DNA of 64,000 nt, taken from IMG/VR virus record IMGVR_UViG_3300033429_000001, positions 8,742 through 72,741 of that record; one strand, given 5' to 3'. Positions 27,049 to 36,752 of this stretch are shown piece by piece; position 1 is the stretch's first letter; every line of letters starts with the position of its first letter. The notes under the pieces are model-generated. The model saw only the letters and a list, made by a program, of their open reading frames with translations. It was not told the DNA's origin and ran no database searches. Source of the DNA: a virus. A program made the translations under genes and the position numbers.

Positions 27049-27678
27049 ATGTGGGTACAATTAGCTTGTATACAGTACATCGAGAGATACGGACGCCAGA
27101 TCACCTACTTCCCTGGCGACTGGGTTGATGTAGGCAAGCAACAGGCCCTACGCTGGATTGCCAACGGGGATGCACATGCCCTTGACCCGTCCGTCAAAAA
27201 TGAGGCAATAGATTACAGCGCCGGAATTGTGGCTACGACGACTCCGCCAGACGATGCGATAGCCAAGCTAAAGGAGATTCCGCAACTACAGTTACAAGTC
27301 GGGACGCCAGAGTTGGCTTTTAGTGAGACAATGCTCTGGAACCCATCAGTGCCGCTTAAATTCGAGATGATGCCAGTCGGTTTTAAGCTATTGGAGAAAT
27401 GGCAGATGGCCGTCCCGCTTTTGAACTATGAGACACTGGCCTGTCACATTGGTAGCGAGGCCGACAGAGAGCGGGCTAAGGGTATCATCAGGGACTTACG
27501 CATACCAGTGAGGGACACCCGCCTAATTTTTCTCAGGCGCTGCGAGGCCACCAGGAATCTGATTACGTTCTGGCAAAAGGAGGTGGCCGGGGGGACAAAT
27601 GATTATCTAGCTTTTTTGATGGCTATCTACAAGGTAAAGCCGGTGGTATGTGACCTGCCAACGACATGGACGGTGTAG
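27049..27678 (+). CDS. Degenerate GT-A/GT8-like protein with connector-like N-terminus
   Basis: YFPGDWVDV...WIANG N-terminus; C-terminal half parallels the next GT genes (IFLRR...FWQKE...DYLAFLMAIY). Confidence 0.55.
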   Translation: MWVQLACIQYIERYGRQITYFPGDWVDVGKQQALRWIANGDAHALDPSVKNEAIDYSAGIVATTTPPDDAIAKLKEIPQLQLQVGTPELAFSETMLWNPSVPLKFEMMPVGFKLLEKWQMAVPLLNYETLACHIGSEADRERAKGIIRDLRIPVRDTRLIFLRRCEATRNLITFWQKEVAGGTNDYLAFLMAIYKVKPVVCDLPTTWTV

Positions 27679-28271
27679 CATTCGTAGCCTACGGCGACAA
27701 GGCAAAAAGCGAATTAGAGCAGAGCATCAAGGAATTAAGAAAACATTGCAATCATCCTTTTATCGTTATTTCTGATAGAAAGATCAAGCCTTATCGTACC
27801 GTCGTTTTTGATGCTCTTTACAAGCCGATCCGTTGGCCAAAGCTGTGTATCAATCTGTTGACACCGTTCAAAAGGACGCTTTACCTTGATGTTGATACCC
27901 GAGTACGCCAACCCATAGAGGCAGGCTTTCAGATGCTGACTGATGGGTGGGACATCGTTATTGCCCCCAGCGGCCAGCAGGATGAAGAATCAATGTGGCA
28001 CGTAGAGAAAGACGAGAGAGAATTGACACTCAATGCTCTGGGATTTAATCAAGTTCTACAGCTACAGGCCGGGGTGTTTTGGTTCAAGAAGTCCGAACGG
28101 GTAGATGAGTTTTTTTTCAACTGGCGGATGGAATGGACTAAGAAGTTTAAGGGTCAGGATCAGGCCGCGATGTTGAGAGCGTTGTATCAGACGCCGGTGA
28201 AGGTTTGGTTATTGGGCCGGTGCTGGAATGGCGGAGCGGTTATCAATCATTTATTTGGCAGATTACGATGA
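27666..28271 (+). CDS. Glycosyltransferase, GT8-like
   Basis: TLYLDVD (DxD), LQAGVFWF, QDQAAMLRAL, WN...H. Confidence 0.8.
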   Translation: MDGVAFVAYGDKAKSELEQSIKELRKHCNHPFIVISDRKIKPYRTVVFDALYKPIRWPKLCINLLTPFKRTLYLDVDTRVRQPIEAGFQMLTDGWDIVIAPSGQQDEESMWHVEKDERELTLNALGFNQVLQLQAGVFWFKKSERVDEFFFNWRMEWTKKFKGQDQAAMLRALYQTPVKVWLLGRCWNGGAVINHLFGRLR

Positions 28272-28441
28272 TTTACACCATTGGCCATGAGCAGAATTAT
28301 CTCAAAGCAATAAGGGCGTCTATCTTGCCCCGACTGGCAGCCATGAAACGAATCCATTTGACGAAAAGGGAAAAGAAATGAGCAAGCTAGACAAAATCGA
28401 AAAACAAGGTGGTAGTACAACAGTTTTCATAGAGTAAATAA

Positions 28442-30070
28442 ATGCACATACACATAATCAGCCGTGACTACAAATCAGATAGAATCCTCTCCCGACTGGC
28501 TCAAATCCTGGCAGCCCAGCGCGGCTTTACTATTGCCGATGTACCCAACGCCGAAGCCGACATCAATTACTTTTTTCCCTATCTCGAATATGACAAAAGT
28601 CGTGATTTCAATGCCACCAAGACCGCCGGTTGGTTCACGCACAAGGATACCAACCGCAAAGAGAAAGTGCCGATGTGGGAAATGGCGGCCAAGGCTGTTG
28701 ACTTACGGTTGACCAGTGCGGCGATGTACCAAGAACAATTGGAGAAGTTTGGCCCGACCTCGTTGGTGACAGTACCCCTGGATCGGGAAAAGTTTAGCCC
28801 GACTAAAAAGGAGCCGCGCAAGAGGCTTGTCGTCGGCACCAGCGGTTACGTCTATCCCGAAGGCCGCAAGGGTGAGCAATTGATTACGCGACTCTTCCAT
28901 GACCATGACCTTGACCTTGACCTGGTGGCCTCTGGTCGAGGCTGGCCAATCCCAACCAATGAGTTTACCTGGGACAATATCCAAGAATTTTACCAGGGCC
29001 TTGACATCTATCTGTGTACGTCTTTAGTCGAGGGTATCGGGTATGGCCCAATTGAAGCTATGGCCTGCGGGGTCCCGGTGGTGATTCCAACAGGGGTAGG
29101 CATCTTCGATGAGTTGCCAAACCTGGAAAATTTACACAGGTATGAGGCCGGCAACTATCAAGATATGAAGCGGGCCATCAAAGAGGCGTGGGACAGACTG
29201 AAGCAAGGGGCCTATAACCCCGAAAGCTTGCGCGGTGGTACCCTGAAATTTACAAATGAAGCCTGGATAAGCATACACCTGATGGCTTTTGAGGAAATGC
29301 TCTATGGAATACCGGAGGCAGGTGAATGTCCGAAGTGGAAGAAATCAGCGGGGGTCTACTACGTGGCCTATGGTGATCCCTCGCGTGATTGTGCCCGACG
29401 AGCTATAAAAAGTTTCAAACAGCACATGCCTGACATCCCGGTGGCCCTGGCCAGTGACAATCCGCTCAATGTTGGTGAGGACATTTTCATTGACAACATA
29501 GATGAGGATATTGGAGGCCGGTCAGTCAAAACCAAGATTTACGACCTGACCCCAAAAGATTGGAATTATGTTTTGTACCTGGATGCCGACACTGAGATTA
29601 CCGCAGACATCAGCTTTTTATTTCAGGCCCTTGAAGACGGTTGGGAGGCGGTATGGTGTACCAACCCAGGCAAATATTCCATTCTCAGTTATGCCAAGCG
29701 TCCTGACTGCGAAGAAGAATTTAAGCTAACGCTTGATAAGGTTTCAGCGGCCAATGGCTCTGAAATTTTACAACTCAATGGCGGCGTCTTTGCTTTCCGG
29801 CGCAGCGAACGAACAGCCGCATTTTTCAGAGCATGGCATAATGAGTGGCAGCGGTATGGGGCCAGGGATCAAATGGCCCTTCATCGGGTACTGTACGACA
29901 ACCCCATCAGACTGCTTGTGCTGGGGGTCGAGTGGAACACCTCGACCCGGTATATCGAGGCTGAAAGAACAGCGGGTATTTTGCATTACCAGATGTCAGC
30001 CAGGCGGTGGCGGGGGCCGATCAATGGGCGGCTAGATAGTCAGGAAGCTTGGTCTAAGGTAGAGGTGTAA
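28442..30070 (+). CDS. Bifunctional glycosyltransferase (GT4 plus GT8-like)
   Basis: TSLVEGIGYGPIEAMACGVPV then VLYLDAD, LNGGVF, RDQMALHR. Confidence 0.88.
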   Translation: MHIHIISRDYKSDRILSRLAQILAAQRGFTIADVPNAEADINYFFPYLEYDKSRDFNATKTAGWFTHKDTNRKEKVPMWEMAAKAVDLRLTSAAMYQEQLEKFGPTSLVTVPLDREKFSPTKKEPRKRLVVGTSGYVYPEGRKGEQLITRLFHDHDLDLDLVASGRGWPIPTNEFTWDNIQEFYQGLDIYLCTSLVEGIGYGPIEAMACGVPVVIPTGVGIFDELPNLENLHRYEAGNYQDMKRAIKEAWDRLKQGAYNPESLRGGTLKFTNEAWISIHLMAFEEMLYGIPEAGECPKWKKSAGVYYVAYGDPSRDCARRAIKSFKQHMPDIPVALASDNPLNVGEDIFIDNIDEDIGGRSVKTKIYDLTPKDWNYVLYLDADTEITADISFLFQALEDGWEAVWCTNPGKYSILSYAKRPDCEEEFKLTLDKVSAANGSEILQLNGGVFAFRRSERTAAFFRAWHNEWQRYGARDQMALHRVLYDNPIRLLVLGVEWNTSTRYIEAERTAGILHYQMSARRWRGPINGRLDSQEAWSKVEV

Positions 30071-30176
30071 TGGTCGCTATTCCAGAATGCTCAGCACATG
30101 GTAACCAATGTGTACCACATGCATTAGAGTGGATTGCAGAGCAAGCAAAAGTTAGCGAGAAAGAGATGGCCAGACC

Positions 30177-31013
30177 GTGAAAATTGCCATAGTAGTCCCC
30201 ATCGGCCCGCTTGACAGATTTGGCTATCAGCACATCTATAGAGAGTGCATTGAGAGCATGGCCAATTTTGCTGATCAAGTATTTTTAGTTTCTACGACCA
30301 GAGAAGTTAAGCGAGCCGATAACTTTAATTGGCCTCAAGATAAAGGCATTGATTTAGAGAACCTTAATATAATCTCAGACTCCCGCACCTGGTTTGCTCG
30401 CACCCCCGAAGGCGACGAATGGTTCGACGCCTACAAAGTTCTTGAAAATGTCAATGTCGGAGTTTACGCAGCCAGAAGCGAAGGCGTTGACGTAGTTATG
30501 TGCCTTTTCTGTAATAACTACATCCCGGAAATGGCCTATGAGGGCCTGCGGGCGCGGTGTGAAAAAGTGGCGACCGGTGAACAAGCAACGGCATCGTACT
30601 ATCGCAAGGATCAGTTGTACAACCAAATGTTTTCAGCCAGCGTGTCAATGCCGTTCATCATCAACTCAAGAGACACTTACCGTTTTGCAGCCGACGCAAT
30701 CACCAACGAACGAGAGGTGGCCTGGATGCAACGGGGAGACTTTTCAGAGTTTGATGGGGAGGCCGTGGTTGACGTTCAACTCGAAGTGACGACTAGAGAC
30801 TTGCGCGAAAAAATGAATTTTATGAGATGCTACTCTGATTTGGTTCCGAAGCGCAAGCCAGAATTTGATGAAGGGTACTGGCTTGATTATTACGTCAAAA
30901 AGTTTCAGCAAAAAAAGATGTTGCTAGATAGCAATCTGGACAAAACCGGGCAGGCGATTGCCAGATTGAGTCAACCGGACTTTGCGAGCCGGTATGTGTT
31001 GGAGCAGATATGA
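30177..31013 (+). CDS. GT2-like protein
   Basis: MKIAIVVP...YRECIESM..FADQVFLV N-terminus; GTGA overlap. Confidence 0.5.
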   Translation: MKIAIVVPIGPLDRFGYQHIYRECIESMANFADQVFLVSTTREVKRADNFNWPQDKGIDLENLNIISDSRTWFARTPEGDEWFDAYKVLENVNVGVYAARSEGVDVVMCLFCNNYIPEMAYEGLRARCEKVATGEQATASYYRKDQLYNQMFSASVSMPFIINSRDTYRFAADAITNEREVAWMQRGDFSEFDGEAVVDVQLEVTTRDLREKMNFMRCYSDLVPKRKPEFDEGYWLDYYVKKFQQKKMLLDSNLDKTGQAIARLSQPDFASRYVLEQI

Positions 31014-31267
31014 GTCCCATCAGCCTGGATGACGTAAACAAAAAAGTTTACCCTGATTATTTCCAGCCCCGGCAATGGGATGCCTTGCAACTAAAATTAT
31101 TGGGCTACACAATTGATGGAATGGCAATCGAATTGGGAGTAGCGTATCATACCGCCTCTGACCTGTGGGCAGAGGTCAGGGAAATACTGGGCATAAGTGG
31201 TAGCAATGGCCAGAGGAAGTTAATGAGATGGGCATTAAAGAATGGTTTAATAAGCAAAAATTTCTAA
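31010..31267 (+). CDS. LuxR-type HTH protein
   Basis: PRQWDALQL...GYTIDGMAIELGV....LMRWALKNGLI. Confidence 0.7.
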   Translation: MSPISLDDVNKKVYPDYFQPRQWDALQLKLLGYTIDGMAIELGVAYHTASDLWAEVREILGISGSNGQRKLMRWALKNGLISKNF

Positions 31268-31854
31268 TTCTGGTAATACTAATCATTGTTTTTATTATTA
31301 TGATCGGAGTAGGATTCTTTGAGTCTGCAATTATTCCTCAAGCCTCATCGCTAAAGAGTCAAGTTGTTAATGAAGAGTTTGACAATCTGGACGGTGAGGG
31401 AGAAATAAAATGGTATGATGGTTTTTTTACCTGGAACCCTACCGCGCAGGTCACAGGCTATCCGTTCATTACCGGGTCAGTTACCATTCGTTGGGATGAC
31501 TTTGACACCGGCTTAATGGCAGTATCCGTACCATACACGACCACCAAACTGGTAGTAGAATTAGAGTTGCGAGGCACTAAAACATACACTCAAATATTGA
31601 CTAGCGATTTGCCTGGTGCATCTCAACCGCAAACAGGAATTTTCGATAAGTTGATTTGGGTATGGATAGATGTTGAGCCAGGTGACTACGATGAGCACAT
31701 TAAAGGATATTGGTCAGTCAAGGAAGAGAGAATACCTTTACAATTTGTCAGAAACGGCGAGATTGTACAGCCAGTGACAAACTTCGTTCTTTATCGAGGT
31801 GGCCTGACCATTCCTCAATTGCTGTACTTGCCGGTAGTGATGAAGGCTAATTGA
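31228..31854 (+). CDS. Exported/membrane protein with Chloroflexota-type C-terminal LYLPVVMK motif
   Basis: N-terminal TM; ends LLYLPVVMKAN. Confidence 0.7.
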   Translation: MGIKEWFNKQKFLILVILIIVFIIMIGVGFFESAIIPQASSLKSQVVNEEFDNLDGEGEIKWYDGFFTWNPTAQVTGYPFITGSVTIRWDDFDTGLMAVSVPYTTTKLVVELELRGTKTYTQILTSDLPGASQPQTGIFDKLIWVWIDVEPGDYDEHIKGYWSVKEERIPLQFVRNGEIVQPVTNFVLYRGGLTIPQLLYLPVVMKAN

Positions 31855-31878
31855 TTTGACAGAGCAAGATGAACTATT

Positions 31879-31909
31879 AATGAAACCCTTAAAAATCGCC
31901 CTCTTCCAT
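31879..31909 (+). repeat. 31-bp direct repeat (second copy 33743-33773)
   Basis: AATGAAACCCTTAAAAATCGCCCTCTTCCAT is identical to the start of the GT gene at 33744. Confidence 0.9.
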
Positions 31910-31947
31910 TTAGACGGCGGTCTAGGCTGCCGCATTTTCTACAAGGT

Positions 31948-32373
31948 TTAGTCATGATGTTTACCAGAAATCTTTTCTCTAATTGCTTCAACAATGAAAC
32001 CGTTACGGTTGGTGGTATTTTCTGCTAACCACTTGATAAGGTCAGGAGGCAACTTGAGCGGAACTTGTTGGTACTTTTCAGTTTTAGGTTTTGGTGGGCG
32101 ACCCCCGGGTGGGTTGCGAAGGCCGCCGCGTTTGGATCTAGCTTTCATATATTCCCTACCTTCATCTACGCTCACTCGGTTGCCACAAATTGAGCAAAAA
32201 TATGAGCTAAATACAATGCCCTCTGTTACACTTGGGTGGTCTGGATGAATCTGGTAAACGGTTTCTGGATGTGCAATCTTAGAAAATCCTTCAACTCTAT
32301 AATCGTGAGAACAAGCCGAGGCCTTTTTATCCATTGCCTCAGCTTGTTCCCTTAGTTCATTGTAGGTTATCAT
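31948..32373 (-). CDS. Zn-ribbon plus ribbon-helix-helix (BrnA/CopG-like) protein
   Basis: CSH...CSICG; RGGLR...GGRP...LKLPPDLIKWL...NRNGFIVEAIREK. Confidence 0.65.
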   Translation of the reverse strand: MITYNELREQAEAMDKKASACSHDYRVEGFSKIAHPETVYQIHPDHPSVTEGIVFSSYFCSICGNRVSVDEGREYMKARSKRGGLRNPPGGRPPKPKTEKYQQVPLKLPPDLIKWLAENTTNRNGFIVEAIREKISGKHHD

Positions 32374-32558
32374 TAGATTACACTATCTGTAATCATATCG
32401 TAAGCAACACTATTTAGGGCTTTTTCTTCTGCCTGATGTCGGCTGGTTCGTTGATAATTTGCGGCTTCATAGAGATACATTTGGATATAATCTACAAATA
32501 CTGACATCCAAAAATTGTCATTTTTTAGAATTTGTTGGGCCTTTTGTCCGTTAGTCAT
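32373..32558 (-). CDS. Hypothetical protein
   Basis: AGGAG RBS; TAATG coupling. Confidence 0.65.
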   Translation of the reverse strand: MTNGQKAQQILKNDNFWMSVFVDYIQMYLYEAANYQRTSRHQAEEKALNSVAYDMITDSVI

Positions 32559-32599
32559 TTTTGTTATCTCCTGTTGATTAGTGTTTACTCTATGGTTAC

Positions 32600-32674
32600 A
32601 GTATATACTAAAATCAAAGAAATGTCAATAGGTTTCTTTACATAATTACAATGAGTTTTACTAATTTTAAGGTT
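32600..32674 (-). promoter_or_regulatory. Leftward promoter module, copy D
   Basis: Minus strand TTGACA-17-TATACT; TAATTTTAAGGTT boundary shared with copies A-C. Confidence 0.75.
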
Positions 32675-32717
32675 AGAAAATGAAACCCGCGAAATGAAAT
32701 GAAAAACGAGGACCAAA

Positions 32718-33032
32718 ATGGATTTTTCAGACTTCAAGGTTTATCGGTGGTGGATAGGTGGGAAATGGTATTTCTATAAATTAGGTATAGATACACCAAA
32801 TATCTGTCTATTCACAGCTTGGTTGCAAGTTCCGCCAAACCGTATAGACGAAAATTTTTGTACGTTATTAGACACTGAAGATTATTGCCTAAAAAGCGGA
32901 TCGTATGAAACGCCGTCTATGCTGGGGAGACAGCCGGTTGCCGAAGGAAAAGAGCGTAAGGGCGGCCTAAATCAACCGCCCAATTTTCCGAAACCAAACA
33001 TAAAGCCTCCGGCGCAACATCGAGAAATATGA
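32718..33032 (+). CDS. Hypothetical protein
   Basis: GAGG RBS. Confidence 0.5.
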   Translation: MDFSDFKVYRWWIGGKWYFYKLGIDTPNICLFTAWLQVPPNRIDENFCTLLDTEDYCLKSGSYETPSMLGRQPVAEGKERKGGLNQPPNFPKPNIKPPAQHREI

Positions 33033-33048
33033 TAGCAGAGGTAAAAAA

Positions 33049-33747
33049 ATGCACGATCCAAAAACAGTAGCACATGAAATTAAAATAAAAAATTGGTGTC
33101 TTCTTACTATTTGGCACGTTGACCCAGAAAGCGACGGGACAGATGACAGTTGCGGGTGGGGACGCCCAAGACTGACAGAGAAGGAAAACAAAATTATCAA
33201 TGATGTGATAGAGTGGGAAAAATCATTCCCGTATTACTCTTCTCCCTCTCTCCCTGTGGTGCAAGTTAACCCGGAATACGATTTTAATCAAATGTTGGCC
33301 GGCGATTGCTTGGCGCATGTTGCTGGCGCTTGGCAGCATATTGCTTTGACACGTGATCGACGAAAAAAAATGACGAATGCCGAGTGGTGGGAAATAGTTG
33401 GGTTGGCAACGAATCCTGATGATAATTTACGGGCTACTCTGGCAGACATGGAGGAAAAGCCAAGGGAAAGAATTTGGCGCTTCTTCTCTTGTGTGATGCG
33501 GGCATATTTACGTTTCCATCGTCATTGGTGGCGCCATCCACGTTGGCATATTCATCATTGGGAATTCCAAGTGCATCCAATTCAGCGATTAAAGCGTTGG
33601 TTATTTAGCAGATGTGCTTACTGTGGAGAGCATTTTAAGTATGGTTATGCGCCAACGTCAACGTATGGAGGCGGGGGGCCTCGTTGGTTTAAAAGCGAGA
33701 AGCAGGTCTATCATCATAATTGCTATTCTATAGCAAGGAGAAAATGA
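33049..33747 (+). CDS. Hypothetical Trp/His-rich phage protein
   Basis: GAGGT RBS; IWHVDPE..DDSCGW, RHPRWHIHHW, CAYC...HHNC. Confidence 0.7.
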   Translation: MHDPKTVAHEIKIKNWCLLTIWHVDPESDGTDDSCGWGRPRLTEKENKIINDVIEWEKSFPYYSSPSLPVVQVNPEYDFNQMLAGDCLAHVAGAWQHIALTRDRRKKMTNAEWWEIVGLATNPDDNLRATLADMEEKPRERIWRFFSCVMRAYLRFHRHWWRHPRWHIHHWEFQVHPIQRLKRWLFSRCAYCGEHFKYGYAPTSTYGGGGPRWFKSEKQVYHHNCYSIARRK

Positions 33748-34703
33748 AACCCTTAAAAATCGCCCTCTTCCATCGAGATAACTGGTACCGCCACAAGCGC
33801 ATTGACGGACAATTTGCCTACGCTGTACCAGAGTTTACTTTTGAACACTACATTGTTCCGAAAGCGTTTCAATTTGACTTAGACATATTGCCAAGTGATG
33901 TAGATATCGCCTGGCTTGATGAGGGCAAATACCGGGGCAACCGGCTCTTTCTCCCGTTGCGAGACTCACGCAGCATTCCGGTAGTCTGCCATTTTATCTA
34001 CACGACTTTACAACAGCACATCTACTGGAGCCGGGTGGAGCGGGCCAAGAAAAATGCTGACATGGTATTATTGGACTATGACCAGTTAGATAGATTCCAA
34101 TCGTACCTTGAGATGCCGGTCAGACGCCTGGCCTATGCGGTCAATGAGAAGTACTATTTTGATCGGGGTTACAGGCGAATTTATGACGTAGGCTTTTTTA
34201 GCATCTGGAAGTACAACCCGGAACGTCCAAAACTTGACATGTGGCTGGAATGGTTTTGCAAACGAAAAGGTTACGCCTACTGCACAAACCGGGGCCGTGA
34301 TATGAGAGAAAAGTACGCTGACTTTTTGGCCCAATGCAAGGTAGTGATTCATCTCAATCGAAATGAGGCCACCAGACCGGCGCGTATCTTTGATGTGGCA
34401 GCCAGCCGAACGGCAATGTTAAGCAATCCCATGCCAGAGGTGAGCGGAGAGGAATTCGTACCATACCAGCATTACGTTCCGTTTCGCTATCCTACCTCAG
34501 ATTACACCGAGGAAAAGAGGCGGGTAGCAACATACACGGATAATGATTGTCGGGAGATTGCCAATGGCCTTGAGTACTTGCTGGACGATGGCCATTGGGA
34601 AGATATAGCTCAACAGTCATATGATTACGTGCTGACCAATCATACTTGGGCAACCAGAGCAACGCAATTGAGACAGACATTTGATGAGGCGTTGGGACTA
34701 TGA
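33744..34703 (+). CDS. Glycosyltransferase, CgeB/GT-B-like
   Basis: YADFLAQCKVVIHLN...RIFDVAAS...NHTWATRA; AAGGAG RBS. Confidence 0.8.
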   Translation: MKPLKIALFHRDNWYRHKRIDGQFAYAVPEFTFEHYIVPKAFQFDLDILPSDVDIAWLDEGKYRGNRLFLPLRDSRSIPVVCHFIYTTLQQHIYWSRVERAKKNADMVLLDYDQLDRFQSYLEMPVRRLAYAVNEKYYFDRGYRRIYDVGFFSIWKYNPERPKLDMWLEWFCKRKGYAYCTNRGRDMREKYADFLAQCKVVIHLNRNEATRPARIFDVAASRTAMLSNPMPEVSGEEFVPYQHYVPFRYPTSDYTEEKRRVATYTDNDCREIANGLEYLLDDGHWEDIAQQSYDYVLTNHTWATRATQLRQTFDEALGL

Positions 34704-34848
34704 CTCAAATAGATTCAGATAAAGCCATGCCGGTTGATATGAACAATGCCTATATTTGGGCAGGTGGTTGATAATGACGCCATCAGAATTAGGTCATGAA
34801 ACTGGTGGAAGCAATTGAAATCTTTCTAAAAGAGATAACAGATTAACT

Positions 34849-35991
34849 ATGACCATTCAAGTATTCAAACCTAACTTTGATAAGGTAGAAGTCGAAGCGG
34901 TAAGAGAAGTACTGCTTTCCGGTTGGGTCGGTCTGGGTCCAAAAACCGATTTATTCGAGCGAGAGTTTGCCAACTATGTGGGCGCATCGTATGCGATAGG
35001 GGTCAATAGCGGCACATCTGCCCTCCACCTATCTCTAGCCGCGCTAGGCATTGGCCCCGGCGATGAGGTTTTAGTACCAACCATCACCTTTGCATCGACA
35101 GCGCATGCGGTGAGCTATTGCGGAGCCACGCCGGTTTTTGTGGACATTGAGGCCGATACGCTCAATGTAGATGTTGATAAGCTTAAGCAATACGTCACAC
35201 AAAATACCAAAGCGATTATTCCGGTTCATTTTGGTGGCCATTGCTGCAACATGGAATCCATCTGGAGATTCGCCACGGCACATGATCTATTTGTAATTGA
35301 GGATGCGGCACATGCCTGTGGCAGCAAGCACGATACAAGGATGGTCGGCTCTCTGCCCAGCGAAACCACCTGCTTTAGTTTTCACGCCGTCAAGAATCTG
35401 GCCTGTGGCGACGGTGGGATGATTACCACCAGTCGGCTAGACATCGCTCAGGCGTTGCGAAAACTTAGATGGTGCGGCATTGACAAATCGACCTGGGACC
35501 GGGTTGGTGAGTACCGGGCAGCGATCAATACACAGTATGCAAAATATAGCTGGTATTATGAAATCCATCAGCTTGGCTTCAAGGCTCACATGAATGACAT
35601 CACCGCTGCCATCGGGTTGGTGCAACTTGGCAAGCTAGACGGGGCCAACGAGCGGCGGCGGAAAATTGCCAGGCGTTACACAGATGAGTTGTCTAGCCTG
35701 GATTGGCTGACCTGTCCCGGTGTGTTAGATGTAGATTACGGCAAAAGCGCATGGCACAATTATGTAATCAAAACCGACAGGCGCGATGAGTTAAACACTT
35801 ATCTCAAGGAATTCGACATTATGACCGGCGTTCATTACATGCCGTTGCACTTGCAGCCGTACTATCGGACAACCTCCGCTTTGCCGGTTGCCGAGAGAGT
35901 ATGGCCCAAACTATTGACCTTGCCTCTTTATCCGTCACTGACTGATGATGAGGTAGGGCAGGTTATTCGTAGGATTAAGGCGTTTCAATGA
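34849..35991 (+). CDS. DegT/DnrJ/EryC1/StrS sugar aminotransferase
   Basis: NSGTSALH, GPGDEVLVP, IEDAAHA, FSFHAVKNL..GDGG, LTLPLYP. Confidence 0.96.
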   Translation: MTIQVFKPNFDKVEVEAVREVLLSGWVGLGPKTDLFEREFANYVGASYAIGVNSGTSALHLSLAALGIGPGDEVLVPTITFASTAHAVSYCGATPVFVDIEADTLNVDVDKLKQYVTQNTKAIIPVHFGGHCCNMESIWRFATAHDLFVIEDAAHACGSKHDTRMVGSLPSETTCFSFHAVKNLACGDGGMITTSRLDIAQALRKLRWCGIDKSTWDRVGEYRAAINTQYAKYSWYYEIHQLGFKAHMNDITAAIGLVQLGKLDGANERRRKIARRYTDELSSLDWLTCPGVLDVDYGKSAWHNYVIKTDRRDELNTYLKEFDIMTGVHYMPLHLQPYYRTTSALPVAERVWPKLLTLPLYPSLTDDEVGQVIRRIKAFQ

Positions 35992-36752
35992 CACGAGTGC
36001 TTTTTTTAGGTGGCAAGTCAATCGGGTGTTTATGTTTTGATTACTTGCTATCAATTGAGGATATAGAAATAGTTGGAGCATTCGTCAATCCAGGTGATGA
36101 CGACCCGGATAGGCGTTATCCCTCTTTGGGAGAGTTGGCCCGGGGGGCGGGTGTACCGGTGTATACCACCAATATCAACCAGGAGGTAGCCGCACTTATC
36201 GGAGATATACAACCGGCCTTGATTGTGGCCGTGTACTATGACCGCATCCTCAAACGGGAAGTTATTGACATCCCGCCAATGGGCTGTGTCAATCTACACT
36301 TTGCTTTGGCTGAAGAGTATCGGGGTTGTTACCCGACGACTTGGGCAATTACAGACGGCAAAGATCATGCCGGGGTGACCATCCATTACATTGACGAGGG
36401 TGTCGATAGCGGGGACATTATCAGTGAGAAGCGCATAGATATTATGCCGACAGATACGGGCCGGAGTCTGTATGAAAAATGTACCGTTGAGGGAGCCGCA
36501 TTGTTTAGAGAGACGTTACCGAAAATTTTGGACGGCACAGCGGTTCGGCGACCGCAGGAATACACCCACCACACCCGCAGTCATTCCAGAAAATTCCCAT
36601 CTCAACGGGTTTTGATTTCGCAGCAAACAGCAAATAAAATAAGGGCGCTCTATTTCCCGCCATTCCCACTCCCATATGTACTGATTGGCGGCAAAAAATT
36701 TGTCGTTGTGGAGGAAGAGTATGTCTCAATTCCAGAGACAACGAGTTTTTAG
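35988..36752 (+). CDS. Sugar N-formyltransferase (Fmt/ArnA/WbkC-like)
   Basis: NLHFAL..EYRG, GVTIHYIDEGVDSGDI, IRAL..P.P. Confidence 0.9.
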   Translation: MTRVLFLGGKSIGCLCFDYLLSIEDIEIVGAFVNPGDDDPDRRYPSLGELARGAGVPVYTTNINQEVAALIGDIQPALIVAVYYDRILKREVIDIPPMGCVNLHFALAEEYRGCYPTTWAITDGKDHAGVTIHYIDEGVDSGDIISEKRIDIMPTDTGRSLYEKCTVEGAALFRETLPKILDGTAVRRPQEYTHHTRSHSRKFPSQRVLISQQTANKIRALYFPPFPLPYVLIGGKKFVVVEEEYVSIPETTSF

